From: Candidatus Eiseniibacteriota bacterium
GTDB taxonomy: Bacteria > Eisenbacteria > RBG-16-71-46 > CAVPCR01
DNA: 64,000 nt
NCBI GenBank assembly: GCA_963823555.1
Contig: CAWGMA010000003.1
Location: 576,001 to 640,000, forward strand
Direction of reading: 5' to 3'
Each line of letters begins with the position of its first letter. Position 1 is the stretch's first letter. Both the position numbers and the translations under genes were made by a program. This document shows positions 9,065 to 19,453 of this stretch, in pieces. The notes under the pieces were generated by a model that ran no database searches, was not told the DNA's origin, and saw only the letters and a program-made list of their open reading frames with translations.

Positions 9065-11578
9065 GTGCCGACGCCCGGCGACGGGGTGCCTGCCATGACC
9101 CCCGACCTCACCCTTGAAGGTGGCGTCGTCGAAAGCGGTGTCGGGAGGGCTTGCACCCACACGATGGCGCAACCGCAGGCGCCACCGAGCTACCGACTCG
9201 CCTTCACTGCCGAGGAACTGCGGGCTCGGCTTCCTGCCGAGCTTGTTGCACAGTCGCAGTGGGTTGCCTGGAGATTCGAGTGGCGTGATGGCAGGTGGAG
9301 CAAGGTGCCGGTCAATGCTCGCACCGATGGACGGGCCCGAAGCAACGATCCAAGTACCTGGGCCACGTTCGACGAGGCCATGGCCTTCCATGAGTGCACC
9401 CCAAGAAGCGCCGGCATCGGGTTCGTGTTCGCGGAGGCCGATCCGTTCGCCGGCGTCGACTTGGACGGCTGCGTGGCCGGGGCTGACCAGGAAGCCAGGG
9501 TCGAGGCGTGGGCCCGAGACTTGCTCGACGCCTTCGCGACCTATGCCGAGATCTCGCCGTCAGGGCATGGCGTCAAGCTCTTCCTCCAAGGGCGAGCCCC
9601 GCACAACGGACGCCGGGCTGGGTACCCGGTCGCGGGATCGGCGGTGGAGACGTACGACCGCACGCGCTTCTTCACGGTGACAGGGCTTCGGGTGCCGGGA
9701 ACGCCCCAGGTGCTTGGGGATGCCCAGGGTGCTTTGGACGACCTCATCGCCAAGGTGTGGCCGGTGCCCCAAGGCAACCGAGATGAGGAGATCCCAGCGG
9801 CTGCCCTTGCCGTCGACGATGAGGCGCTGGTCGCCGCCGCGCTCCGTGCCCGCAACGGCGCTGACTTCGAGCGGCTGTGGGCAGGCGACTGGAAGGGTCG
9901 CTACGGGTCGCCGAGCGAGGCCGATCTTGCTCTGTGCGGAATGCTCGCGTTCTACACGGGATCCGACCCCGAGCGGATCGCCCGCCTCTTCCAACGCTCC
10001 GGCCTCTGCCGCGAGAAGTGGCAGCGCGCCGATTACCGGGAAAGAACCATCACGAAGGCCCTCGACGGCCGGACCGAGTTCTACAGCGGGCCGAGGGCCG
10101 TGCTCGTGCTGCCGCCGTCGAATGGCGGTCATCCATCCCGCGCCCTGACATCAGGCAAGGATAGAAGGCGGGGGAAGCGGAGCGCGCGTCGTGCGGTTGG
10201 CGCAGGCGATCCCAGCCGGTTCTGGGAGGGGCGAGCGTTCCGTCCCGCGCTCCTCGCCGATGAACTCATGGCTCTCGACTCCTACATCTCCACTCCCGTA
10301 GCTGACGATGGTGTGGGCGCCTTCCTCTACGCCTACCGGGATGGCGTCTACCAACGTGCGGAGGAGGTCGCGAGTAAGAAGGCCGAGTCCCTCCTCGGCG
10401 TGCGCGCCGCAAATGCGCGCATCGAAGATGCGGTGAAGCTGATACGCCGGCGGGCCGCGAGCCCGCACGACGATCTGAACCCGAGCGGGCTTGACCTCAT
10501 CAATGTCCAGAACGGCATGCTCGACTGGAAGACGGGGAAGCTCAAACCCCACGATCCAACTTGCCTCTCCACGATCCGCATCCCGGTGCGGTTCGATCCC
10601 GCCGCCAAGTCGGAGATCATCGACCGAGTTCTTCAAGACTGGCTTCCGGGTGACGCGCTCGACCTGGCCGGAGAGATGCTCGGCTACCTGCTCATCCCGA
10701 CCCGCAAGCACCAGACCGCGTTCATGCTGGTCGGGGAAGGGGAGAACGGAAAGTCCACGTTCATCAATCTCACCCGTAGTCTGCTCGGGCGCGGCAATGT
10801 GTCGAGCGAGACGCTCCATGATCTGGAAGAGAACCGCTTCCGCGTGGCCTCGCTCTTCGGCAAGCTGGCGAACCTCTGTGCAGACATCGACGATCGGGCG
10901 CTGCAGTTCACGAGCGTCTTCAAGAAGATCACCGGGGACGACTCGCTCTCGGCCGAGCGCAAGCACCAGCACCCGTTTGACTTCGATCCCTTCGCCCGTT
11001 TGATCTTCTCAGCCAACACTCCCCCTGCCCCGCGCAACGACCGCACTCACGCCTTCTTTCGCCGCTGGGTGGTCGTCCCCTTCGACAACAAGTTCCGCGA
11101 CGGCGAGAAGCGGGACCGAGATCTACCGAAGAAGATCACGACCCCGGAGGCGCTCTCGGCCTTGCTCAATATCGCCGTCGCCGGGCTGCAGCGGCTGGAG
11201 GCGAGGGGCGAGTTTGCCCTGCCCGAGTCGGTGCGGCAGGCGGGTGAGAAGTACCGGCGGGAGGCCGACGCCGTTTACACGTTCATCAGCGAAGAGTGCG
11301 CGAAGGGCGGTCAGGATGCCCGCGTCTCTGCCACCGACCTCCAGAGATCGTTCCGCGCCTGGTGCGCAGAGAACGGGTACCGGAACGTTCCCCCGAAGAA
11401 GGCCCTGGAGCGGCAGTTGGTCGAACTGCTCGGCGCGGAGAAGGAGCGAGCACGGGTCGGGGGACGCAAGAACGCCGTGGTGGTTTGGCGCGGCATCACG
11501 TGCTCGTACTCACCCCCGGCCCAGGGGGAGGCCGGGGCGGATGGGTCCTCCCTGGCGCCGGAGGACCGGTGGCCATGA
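9065..11578 (+). CDS. Primase-polymerase (NrS-1/AEP-like) fused to a P4/D5-type SF3 helicase
   Basis: WVAWR…KVP, GIGFV…GVDLDGC, YAEISPSGHG, RFFTVTG, SEADLAL; INVQNGMLD; Walker A GEGENGKST; IFSAN, FFRRW; start may be 9094 or 9163. Confidence 0.92.
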   Translation: MPTPGDGVPAMTPDLTLEGGVVESGVGRACTHTMAQPQAPPSYRLAFTAEELRARLPAELVAQSQWVAWRFEWRDGRWSKVPVNARTDGRARSNDPSTWATFDEAMAFHECTPRSAGIGFVFAEADPFAGVDLDGCVAGADQEARVEAWARDLLDAFATYAEISPSGHGVKLFLQGRAPHNGRRAGYPVAGSAVETYDRTRFFTVTGLRVPGTPQVLGDAQGALDDLIAKVWPVPQGNRDEEIPAAALAVDDEALVAAALRARNGADFERLWAGDWKGRYGSPSEADLALCGMLAFYTGSDPERIARLFQRSGLCREKWQRADYRERTITKALDGRTEFYSGPRAVLVLPPSNGGHPSRALTSGKDRRRGKRSARRAVGAGDPSRFWEGRAFRPALLADELMALDSYISTPVADDGVGAFLYAYRDGVYQRAEEVASKKAESLLGVRAANARIEDAVKLIRRRAASPHDDLNPSGLDLINVQNGMLDWKTGKLKPHDPTCLSTIRIPVRFDPAAKSEIIDRVLQDWLPGDALDLAGEMLGYLLIPTRKHQTAFMLVGEGENGKSTFINLTRSLLGRGNVSSETLHDLEENRFRVASLFGKLANLCADIDDRALQFTSVFKKITGDDSLSAERKHQHPFDFDPFARLIFSANTPPAPRNDRTHAFFRRWVVVPFDNKFRDGEKRDRDLPKKITTPEALSALLNIAVAGLQRLEARGEFALPESVRQAGEKYRREADAVYTFISEECAKGGQDARVSATDLQRSFRAWCAENGYRNVPPKKALERQLVELLGAEKERARVGGRKNAVVVWRGITCSYSPPAQGEAGADGSSLAPEDRWP

Positions 11579-11583
11579 CCCAA

Positions 11584-11701
11584 GTGTGTCGGTTGTGTCG
11601 ATTGTGTCAAAACCGCCTACTTCTCTCCCCGTTAAACAGTGCACTGGAAGCGCGTATAGGAGAAAAGTGGGGGGGACCGACACAACCGACACAATCGACA
11701 C
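11584..11701. other. Putative replication origin: two inverted sets of three 9-bp iterons
   Basis: GTGTCGGTT-GTGTCGATT-GTGTC at 11586-11608 and its near reverse complement at 11679-11701, directly after the helicase stop. Confidence 0.7.
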
Positions 11702-11991
11702 AGCGAGAGAGAAGGCAGGTACGACCCGTGGCCACCCACGGGTCCATAGCCGCCATGACGTGCGGCGCGCAGAAGTGAAGGCGATGCTGGCGGATCCCGC
11801 CGTTGCTGGCAGTGCCTTGACGAGGGCTGTCGCGGGATGCCTGGACTGGCAGCGGCACATGCTCCAAGTGCCCGAAGCGGTTCCGAAGGGCGACGCCCTA
11901 GGCGGATAGGAGATAGCCAGGGCTGGGACCGAGAACCCTACCGGCGTCAGTACGGGCCCACCCGGTTCCACGCCCCTCGAGGAGACAAGAG

Positions 11992-12531
11992 ATGCCTGAT
12001 CACATTACGGTTCGCGATACGTCCACCCTTCCCCCGCACAAGGAAGGCCAGTTTGCCGCCATTTGCGCCGACGTGATTGATCTCGGCCAACGCGTGGAGA
12101 CCTACCCCGGCTCCTCGCCGCGTGTCGTGAGGAAGGTGGGTCTGGTCTTCGTCACGACCGAGCACCGCCAGGATGGCAAACCCAGCACAGTGAGTACTGA
12201 GTTCACCGTATCCATGAACGAGCGAGCGGGTCTGCGGCGGTTCCTCGAGAGCTGGCGTGGGCGGTCCTACACACCAGACGAGACGGCGGGCGATGCTCCG
12301 TTGCGTCGCCTGGTCGGGCAACCAGCTCTTCTCACGCTCGAGAATCGGTGCAGTGCCAAAGGACGGAACTACGCCAAGATCGCGAGCATCGCGCCCTTGC
12401 CGAAGGGCAAGCCAGCCCCTGAGGTTAACGGGTACCGGCGCTCCCTTAGCTGGGAAGAGCGGAAGAAGCTCTATGAGGCCGAGGTGGCACGCCACATGGC
12501 GGGTCCTGGTGCCACCGCCGTGGGGCAGTGA
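11992..12531 (+). CDS. Phage replication / ssDNA-binding-like protein
   Basis: GAGGAG RBS; AICADVIDLG…FTVSMNERAGLRRFLESWRG…LVGQPALL…YAKIASI pattern of phage OB-fold proteins. Confidence 0.7.
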   Translation: MPDHITVRDTSTLPPHKEGQFAAICADVIDLGQRVETYPGSSPRVVRKVGLVFVTTEHRQDGKPSTVSTEFTVSMNERAGLRRFLESWRGRSYTPDETAGDAPLRRLVGQPALLTLENRCSAKGRNYAKIASIAPLPKGKPAPEVNGYRRSLSWEERKKLYEAEVARHMAGPGATAVGQ

Positions 12532-12610
12532 TAGAGCTCGTGCACGTTGCTTACGCCTTCCAGGATTCAGGCTCCTGGCAATCACCGGACCAGAGCTGAG
12601 GAGAAGAGAA

Positions 12611-12961
12611 GTGTATAGAGAAGAACGCGAGACGGTGATCGTGGCCAACCTGGCCGATCTCGACGACGGCTTCTTCACCGTTGAGACCACAGAGAAAGGC
12701 GTGCTGGCTCGCCTGCGCCGCCTGGCCGGCGACCGCCTTCAAGTCGAGGGAAATCGGCCCTGGCTGTGCCGGGTCCCCGCTGACCTGTGGCGGGGGAACG
12801 CGCTCAGGGTCGGACGGCGCCTGAAGGCGACCGGGAGACCTTTCCAGAATCGCGTCCAGGCGTCAGGAACCCCGCGCACCGGCGCAAATCTGGAAGGGAA
12901 CGGTGTCGACCCGACCACAGGTATGGGTCGAGAGGATTCGCATGCAGAACTCCTGCAGTAG
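12611..12961 (+). CDS. Hypothetical protein
   Basis: GTG start downstream of GAGGAG, within ORF 12257..12961. Confidence 0.45.
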   Translation: MYREERETVIVANLADLDDGFFTVETTEKGVLARLRRLAGDRLQVEGNRPWLCRVPADLWRGNALRVGRRLKATGRPFQNRVQASGTPRTGANLEGNGVDPTTGMGREDSHAELLQ

Positions 12962-13018
12962 GAGCAAGCGAGACGGCCCCCGCGTCACCGGAGGCCGTCG
13001 AGCGGGGACAGGGTCGTG

Positions 13019-13297
13019 CTAGCCGGTAGCCGCCTCGGTCTCGCTGAGGATCGCCTGCAGGGTCGGCACGTCCCGCCGTGCGGCAGCCAGGGCCACGGCG
13101 CGGACGAACCGGCTCGCCCGGGCCGGGCCTGCTGCGTCGTGGATCTCGTCGCGCTCGTCGGCCGAGAGCCTGAACGCGAACACGACCAGGTCCTCGGACG
13201 CCTTGGCTTTCGGCATCACGGTCTCGGTAGTGGCCTTCTTGGTCGCCGCCTCAGGGGCGGTCTCTTCCGTCGTGGCTGCTTGCTTCTTCGTACTCAT
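13019..13297 (-). CDS. Small ribbon-helix-helix-like protein
   Basis: GGAGG RBS; VVFAFRLSADERDEIHDAAG…SRFVRAVAL. Confidence 0.6.
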   Translation of the reverse strand: MSTKKQAATTEETAPEAATKKATTETVMPKAKASEDLVVFAFRLSADERDEIHDAAGPARASRFVRAVALAAARRDVPTLQAILSETEAATG

Positions 13298-13386
13298 CTC
13301 ATTGCCCTCCGTACCCGGCCCCACGCCGGGCGTGCAACAACAAGGGCGCTGCTCGGGGACAACATCAAGGTAAAGAGAGGAAGAAA

Positions 13387-14797
13387 GTGAGGACCGCAAG
13401 GTCGCGAAAGCTCGCGCTTTGGTCGGCCCTGCCGCCGTATCTCGGTGGTAAGCGCCGCCTTGCCCCGCTCATCTTCCGGGAGATCGACCGCCTCATCCCG
13501 CGCCGCCACTGGCGCGGACTCACATTCCTCGACGGGTTCCTCGGCGGCGGGTCGGTCTCGCTCTACGCCAAGGCGCAGGGATTCACGGTCGTGGCGACCG
13601 ACATCGCGGAGCGGGCAATCACGGTAGGGGAGGCGCTCATCGCCAACTCGCGGGTTCGGCTGACCCGAGAGGACGTGCTTCGGTTAGCGAAGGACGATGG
13701 CGAGGCACCGGGCCGGGTCGAGACCGGATACGTACCGAGCACTTTCACGAAGGACCAGGCCCGCTTCCTCGACCGTGCTCTCGGGACCGCCGCTCGAAAC
13801 CCCCGACACCGCGAAGGCAGCACTCATCCGGCTGCTGGCTATCCGCGTCGCGCTGCTCGCTCACCCGATGAGCCAGGTGCGGGCGGGGACCATCCACCGA
13901 CTCTCGTCGGGCGAGTACGAGTCGATCACCGAGAGCTGCCGCTATCACTACGTCGACGGGTTACGGCTCATCCGTCCTGGGAAGTTGTGGGACCTGGCGC
14001 AGCAGTTGAACGCGGGTGTGTTCCAGGGCGAAGGCAAGGTGATCCACGCGAGCATTCTCGACGTGCTGCCAACAGTCGACGCCGCAGTAGTCTACTTCGA
14101 CCCGCCATATCCTGGCGTCATGTCATACGAGAAAGAGTACAAAGTCATCGACGAGATTCTCGAAGGCCGGTCTCGGCCGACGAGCCCGTTCACCGCGCGG
14201 GATGGCGCAACGATGCTCGACGCGCTCTTCAAGCGGGCGCAGCACATCCCGGTGTGGCTCCTGTCGCTCGGGAACGCGGTGGTCACGATCGAGGAGTTGG
14301 CGGCGAAGATGGCGCGCTTCGGTCGCCAGACCAAGGCGATCGCGATCCGGTATCAGCACCTGCCTGCCGTGGCGACCGAGGAGAAGAAGCGCGAGAACCG
14401 CGAGTTCCTGGTCGTGGGGTGGGATGCGGAGGCTCCGCTGCTTCGGCGGTCGTCAGTGCAGGGTGACCGGGCCGGCACCGGGATCGATCAGCCGAACCGA
14501 CTCGCCATCGTCGAGGATGACGCGAGCCTCGGTGGCACCGAGCTTCCGACCCTCAAGCCCAGCCTCGGCAATGGCGGTGAGAAGAGCAAGGCGAGCCTCG
14601 CCGAGAAGGCGGCTTCCAGCCTCGGGCTTCCCGTCCGGGTAGCGCAGGATAGCGTGGATGACCCAGGTGCCGGCGTCATCGAACCCGGCCTGGACTTCGA
14701 CCGTGAAGGGCGAGCTGTCGTCTTGCCGTCCCATGACCCAGACGTTCCCTTGGCAGGCGGCGCCGAGTCAAGCCGCACGAAGGAGAAGAGACTGTGA
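13387..14797 (+). pseudogene. DNA adenine methyltransferase (D12 class), frameshift near 13790
   Basis: PYLGGK and DGFLGGGSV in frame 13387; YFDPPY in frame 13697. Confidence 0.85.
14453..14734 (-). CDS. Hypothetical protein, antisense to the methylase tail
   Basis: Globular-looking 93-aa ORF; the overlapping methylase tail lies beyond the conserved domain. Confidence 0.45.
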   Translation of the reverse strand: MGRQDDSSPFTVEVQAGFDDAGTWVIHAILRYPDGKPEAGSRLLGEARLALLTAIAEAGLEGRKLGATEARVILDDGESVRLIDPGAGPVTLH

Positions 14798-15508
14798 CCG
14801 ACGACACGAAGGCGCCTGTGGCGCACAAAGGGCGCGCCAGTGCGCGAGTTGGGCCGAAGATGGTACCCCTGGACGACCTGAGGCCACACCCGCTGAACTC
14901 GAACGTGATGCCCGAGGACTTGCGGGAGAAGCTCAAGGCGCACATCAAGCGCACGGGGCGGTATCCGTTCCTGGTGGTCCGCCCACACCCCGAGGAGCCA
15001 GGGCAAGTACCAGGTCCTCGACGGCCACCACCGGGTCGAGGTGCTCCGCGAACTCGGCTACACCGAGGCCCGCTGCGACGTGTGGGACGTGGACGACCGC
15101 GAGGCGAAGCTGCTGCTCGCCACGCTGAACCGGCTTGCAGGGCCAGGACCTGCCCATCCGCCGGGCCCAGCTCATCCACGAGCTGCTCGGGCGAGATGAG
15201 CGTCGCCGACCTGGCCGGGCTCCTCCCCGAGACCGACAAGCAGATCGAGGAGCTGCACGCGCTGCTTGGAGTTCCCGGCCGAGGAGATCGCCGCGCTCCT
15301 CGACGCCGAGGCCGAGGAGGCCGAGAAGGTCCTGCCGCGGGTCATGAGCTTCGTCGTGACCCCCGAGCAGGAGGAGATGATCGAGCAGGCGGTCGAGCTG
15401 GCGAGCGACGGCACCCCGGGCCGGGACCGGAAGGCGCGAGGCCTCGCGAACCTCGCCAGGCACTTCCTGAAGGAAGGGGCCGATGCAGACGCACTCGAAG
15501 AAGCGTGA
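14794..15508 (+). pseudogene. ParB/Srx N-terminal domain protein, several frameshifts
   Basis: LRPHPLNSN…; YQVLDGHHR in a shifted frame near 15005; continues LLLATLN and EFPAEEI in other frames. Confidence 0.8.
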
Positions 15509-16052
15509 GGAAGCCCGTCGGCTCTATCTCACCGGCGAGATGACCACGAACGCCGAGATCGCTGCCCGGCTCAAGGCGAAGCCGCACACGGTCGGCAGGT
15601 GGCGCCGGGAAGAGGACTGGGACGGGCTTCGCCTGAAGATCGACCGCCGGGCGGCAGAACTGTTCGTCGAGAAGATCGCCACCGATCGGGTGACCTTGAA
15701 CGTGCGGCACTACAGGCTCTGGGAACTGATTCTGGCGAAGCTGATGGAAGACCTGAAGGCGAAGCACGTCCTCGATGTCAGAGACATGGAACGGATCGCG
15801 GGCATCTTGGATCGGGCCCAGAAGGGGCAGCGGTTGGCCAAGGGGATGAGCGTAGCCGGCGAGACCGAGGAGGCCATCCGAGCCGAAGCGCAGGCCGAGA
15901 TCCGCAGGCTCATCGACGTGTTCATCGACGCCGTCAAGGAGAACGTGAGCGATGAAGAGACGCGGGATCGCATCCGCCGCACGATCCTCGATGCACTACC
16001 TTCGGAAGAGGACACGGGAACTGGCGACGGCGACAACGCGCTCGTTCAGTGA
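15483..16052 (+). CDS. Terminase small subunit-like HTH protein
   Basis: KREEARRLY…NAEIAARL…TVGRWRREEDW; lies upstream of the large terminase. Confidence 0.7.
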   Translation: MQTHSKKREEARRLYLTGEMTTNAEIAARLKAKPHTVGRWRREEDWDGLRLKIDRRAAELFVEKIATDRVTLNVRHYRLWELILAKLMEDLKAKHVLDVRDMERIAGILDRAQKGQRLAKGMSVAGETEEAIRAEAQAEIRRLIDVFIDAVKENVSDEETRDRIRRTILDALPSEEDTGTGDGDNALVQ

Positions 16053-17585
16053 TCCACTTGCCGCGTGGGCGGTGAAACGGATCCGGCTCGACGGCTCGCC
16101 CTTTCGCTTCGAGGGCCACGAGTACCTGCGGGCGATCTACGACGACACGTCGCCGCACGTCGTCGTCCCGAAGGCGGCGCAGATCGGTGGCACCACCTGG
16201 GCGATCCTGCGCTCCGTCCATGCCTGCCTCTCAGGTCTCAACGTCATGTACTTCTTCCCGACCCGGACCGATGTGCTCGACTTCTCGAAGTCCCGGGTGT
16301 CGCCGCTTCTTGGCCGACAACCCGTTCCTCGCCAAGATGATGACCGACACCGACACCGCTGGGCTCAAGCGGATCGGGGAAGCGCATCTCTACCTGCGCG
16401 GGATGCAGTCGACCGTCGGCATGAAGTCGGTGCCGGCCGACATGATCGTCTTCGATGAACTGGACGAGGCCACGCCCGAGGCGAAGGCCATGGCCCGGGA
16501 GCGGCTCGCGCACTCGCGACTACAAGCGGATCATCGAGCTGTCGAACCCGACCCTGCCGGACTACGGCATCGACGAGAGCTACCAGGCGTCGGACCAGCG
16601 CCACTGGACCCTGAAGTGTCCCGCCTGCGGTCACTGGACGGCTCTCGACAGGGAGTTCCCGACGAAGCTGGGCGAGGAGGTGAAGATCATCCTGCCCCGC
16701 CCCGATGGCACCTTCTACCGAGCCTGTCCGAAGTGCTCGGCGGAGCTGGATCTGGCGGCAGGTGAGTGGGTGGCTGACTTCCCCGACCGCCCGATCCACG
16801 GCTACCGCATCAGCCAGCTGTTCAGCGACAAGGTCGACCCCGGCGAGATCTTGCACGAGTACCGCACCACCCGCTTCCCGGACCGGTTCTACAACCTGAA
16901 GATCGGGATCCCCTGGGCCGACCTGGAACGCCGCCTCGATATGTCGACGTGTCCTCGCTTGCTGCAGCGACGACACCATGGAAGACGAGGCGCAGAGCCA
17001 GGGGACGTACTGGATGGGGGTCGACACCGGCAGCGCCTTCCACGTCGTCGTCCTCAAGCACGAGAGCGGGGACACGGACGGTGATGGCCTGAGGCAGGTC
17101 CGACTGGTCCACCTCGCCGTCTGCCACGACTTCTCTGACCTCGATGCGATCATGAAGCGCTTCAGGATCTTCCGCTGCGTCATCGACGGGTTGCCCGAGA
17201 CCCACGCCACCCGGGACTTCGCCAAGCGCCACCGAGGCCACGTGTTCATGTGCTTCTTCAACGAGCACCAGCGGGGCGAGATGAAGTGGGATCGAGAGGC
17301 GCACACCGTGCAGGTCAACCGCACCGAGGCCCTCGATGCCTCACGGGCGGCGGTCCGGGACAAGAAGGTCATCCTGCCGCGCCGGCTGCCCAGTCGTCGA
17401 GACGTTCGCCCGGCACATGGCGTCCGACGCCAAGGTGCTCGATGAGGACGAAGAGACGGGGGCGAAGAAGTACCGGTACGTCCGGACCGGCGAGGACCAC
17501 TTCTCCCTGGCGTTCACTTACGCCTGGATGGCGGCTGAGCGGCACGGGGGGCCGAGTCAGCCGCGGGTCATCCGCATCGACCTGA
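15952..17585 (+). pseudogene. Terminase large subunit (GpA-like), several frameshifts
   Basis: VPKAAQIGGTT (Walker A-like), IVFDELDE (Walker B), LSNPT, CPACG…CPKC, MGVDTG, VIDGLP, EDHF spread over about five frame segments; ends approximate. Confidence 0.88.
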
Positions 17586-17880
17586 ACGATAGGCGGCTCC
17601 GGAAGCCTGAGCTGGCCCGGGCAGAGGCTCTTGGGGCGGTCGCTCCTCAGTGGCGTTTCGAGGCGGGGACGACCGTGGTAGCATGTGAGAGGCTCGCAGG
17701 ACGGTTGATTGAGGAGGGCTACGCTCATGTCGTTGTCGAAACTCATACTCGCCGTTGGCTCTGTTCTCGTCATGACCAGCGCTGCGGACGCGGCTACGAT
17801 CCGCGTTCCATCAGAGCAGCCTACCATTCAGGCGGGGATCAATGCCGCGACCAACGGAGATACCGTGCTTGTCGCGCCTG

Positions 17881-19453
17881 GGCAGCGTCTCGGTAGTTGT
17901 TGAATAAGGTCTGACGTTCTCTCCGGACCTCTTGAATCCTAGCGTTTCGAGCCGTTTGCTTCCATCTTCAGAATGCGGTCTGCGATTTCCTTCCTCCTGG
18001 CCGCGGTGAGCCCTGGATGGGCTGTTCGCCCGATGATCGCTGAGAACCGGCTTCACCAGAGGCCCCAGGATCAACGTTCTCGAGTCGGTCCGACCCGTAG
18101 CACCCCCCTGTTTCGGGGTGGCGGGGGCTCGGCGCGGATCCCGGGAGTCTCATGCGAGCTTCCTCTGCGCGCCGTCGATCATCTCCTCGAGCTTATGGTA
18201 CCCGTCGATCTTGCGCAGGCGGATCGCACCAGAAGCGATCAGACCGAACAGCAAGGTCAGCGCCGCCGCCTCGGTCGGGAACGACCCCTGGGTCTTGGTC
18301 CGCCGGCGGAACTCCTCGTTGATCCGCTCGATCAGGTTCGTCGTGCGCAGACTCTTCCACATCGCGGCGGGGAAGTTGTAGAAGGTCAGCAGCTCCCGCC
18401 CCGCCTCCTCGAGGCTGACGACGACCTCCGGCACCAGCGGCTGCCACTTCCGGCAGAACGCCGCGTAGGCCTTCTCGGCCGCCTCTCGGTTCTCGGCGTG
18501 GGTGATCGCCTCATAGTCGCGCTTGAGCTCCGCGTGGCAGTGCTTCGGCGCCTTGGCCAGCAGGTTCTCCAGCTTATGCCATGTGCACCTCTGCAGCTCG
18601 GCCTCCGGCCACGCCGCCCGCACCGCACGGATCAGGCCCGCGTTGCCGTCGAGCAGCACCAGCCGCGGCGCGACCAGGTTCCGCGCGACGAGTCCCTCGA
18701 TCACTCCCGCCCACGCCTTCAAGCTCTCGCTCGGCGCCAGTCGCAGCTCGAGCAGCTCCTTCTCGCCGGTGGCCTTCACCCCGACCACCACCTGCACCGG
18801 CACCTTGACCACCCGCCGGGCCAGCCGCACCGGCAGCCGCATCGCATCCAGGATCACGATCGCGTACGACTCGCGGCTCAGGTCGCGTCCTCGCCACATG
18901 GCGAACAGATCCTGCAGCCGCTTGACCACCCGCGACACCGCACTCCGGGACATCGCCGTCCCCTCGACCAGCGGCTTCAGCGCCAGTCGGATCTTCCGCG
19001 TGTTCGTCCCCGTCAGGTAGCTCGTGACCAAGGCCGCGTCCAACCGCCGCGTGCGCCGCGCGTAGCGCCGGACGATGTCGCTCGTGAACTCCTGCGTCCC
19101 CGTCGTGGTCCGCAAGCGAGCGCGGGGCACCTCCACCTCCACCGGGCCGAACGAGGTCATCAACCGCCGCGGCGGCCGGCTGCCGTGCCGGTAGCCGGTG
19201 CGGGCCTCGGTGCGCTCCCGGAGGCTGGCCCCCAGGGCACCCTCCACTTCCTCGTCGAGGATGTCGACGATCATCTCCCGGACCCGGCCCCGGACGAGGG
19301 TCTCGAGATCATGGAAATCCGCTGGCGGCGCCAGCAACTGCGCAGTACGATCTTTCACGGCGTATTCCTCCGGTTAAGCCCATACTGGGCTTTGCTTTAT
19401 GACACCCGGAGAATACGCCATTTCCCTTTCTCAACAAGTCCCGGGACGCTGCC
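17881..19453 (-). mobile_element. IS256-family element, copy 1 (1573 bp)
   Basis: IRs GGCAGCGTC(T/C)CGG; 8-bp TSD CGCGCCTG at 17873-17880 and 19454-19461. Confidence 0.95.
18150..19358 (-). CDS. IS256 (Mutator) transposase
   Basis: YRHG…R, VILDA, LLDGNAGL, QRCTWHK, RTTNLIERINEEFRRR. Confidence 0.95.
   Translation of the reverse strand: MKDRTAQLLAPPADFHDLETLVRGRVREMIVDILDEEVEGALGASLRERTEARTGYRHGSRPPRRLMTSFGPVEVEVPRARLRTTTGTQEFTSDIVRRYARRTRRLDAALVTSYLTGTNTRKIRLALKPLVEGTAMSRSAVSRVVKRLQDLFAMWRGRDLSRESYAIVILDAMRLPVRLARRVVKVPVQVVVGVKATGEKELLELRLAPSESLKAWAGVIEGLVARNLVAPRLVLLDGNAGLIRAVRAAWPEAELQRCTWHKLENLLAKAPKHCHAELKRDYEAITHAENREAAEKAYAAFCRKWQPLVPEVVVSLEEAGRELLTFYNFPAAMWKSLRTTNLIERINEEFRRRTKTQGSFPTEAAALTLLFGLIASGAIRLRKIDGYHKLEEMIDGAQRKLA

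Larger units (their letters stand above)
2950..17600 (+). mobile_element. Defective prophage / satellite-like integrative element
   Basis: LSR module, replication module and packaging genes are co-oriented; no structural genes; boundaries approximate. Confidence 0.75.
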
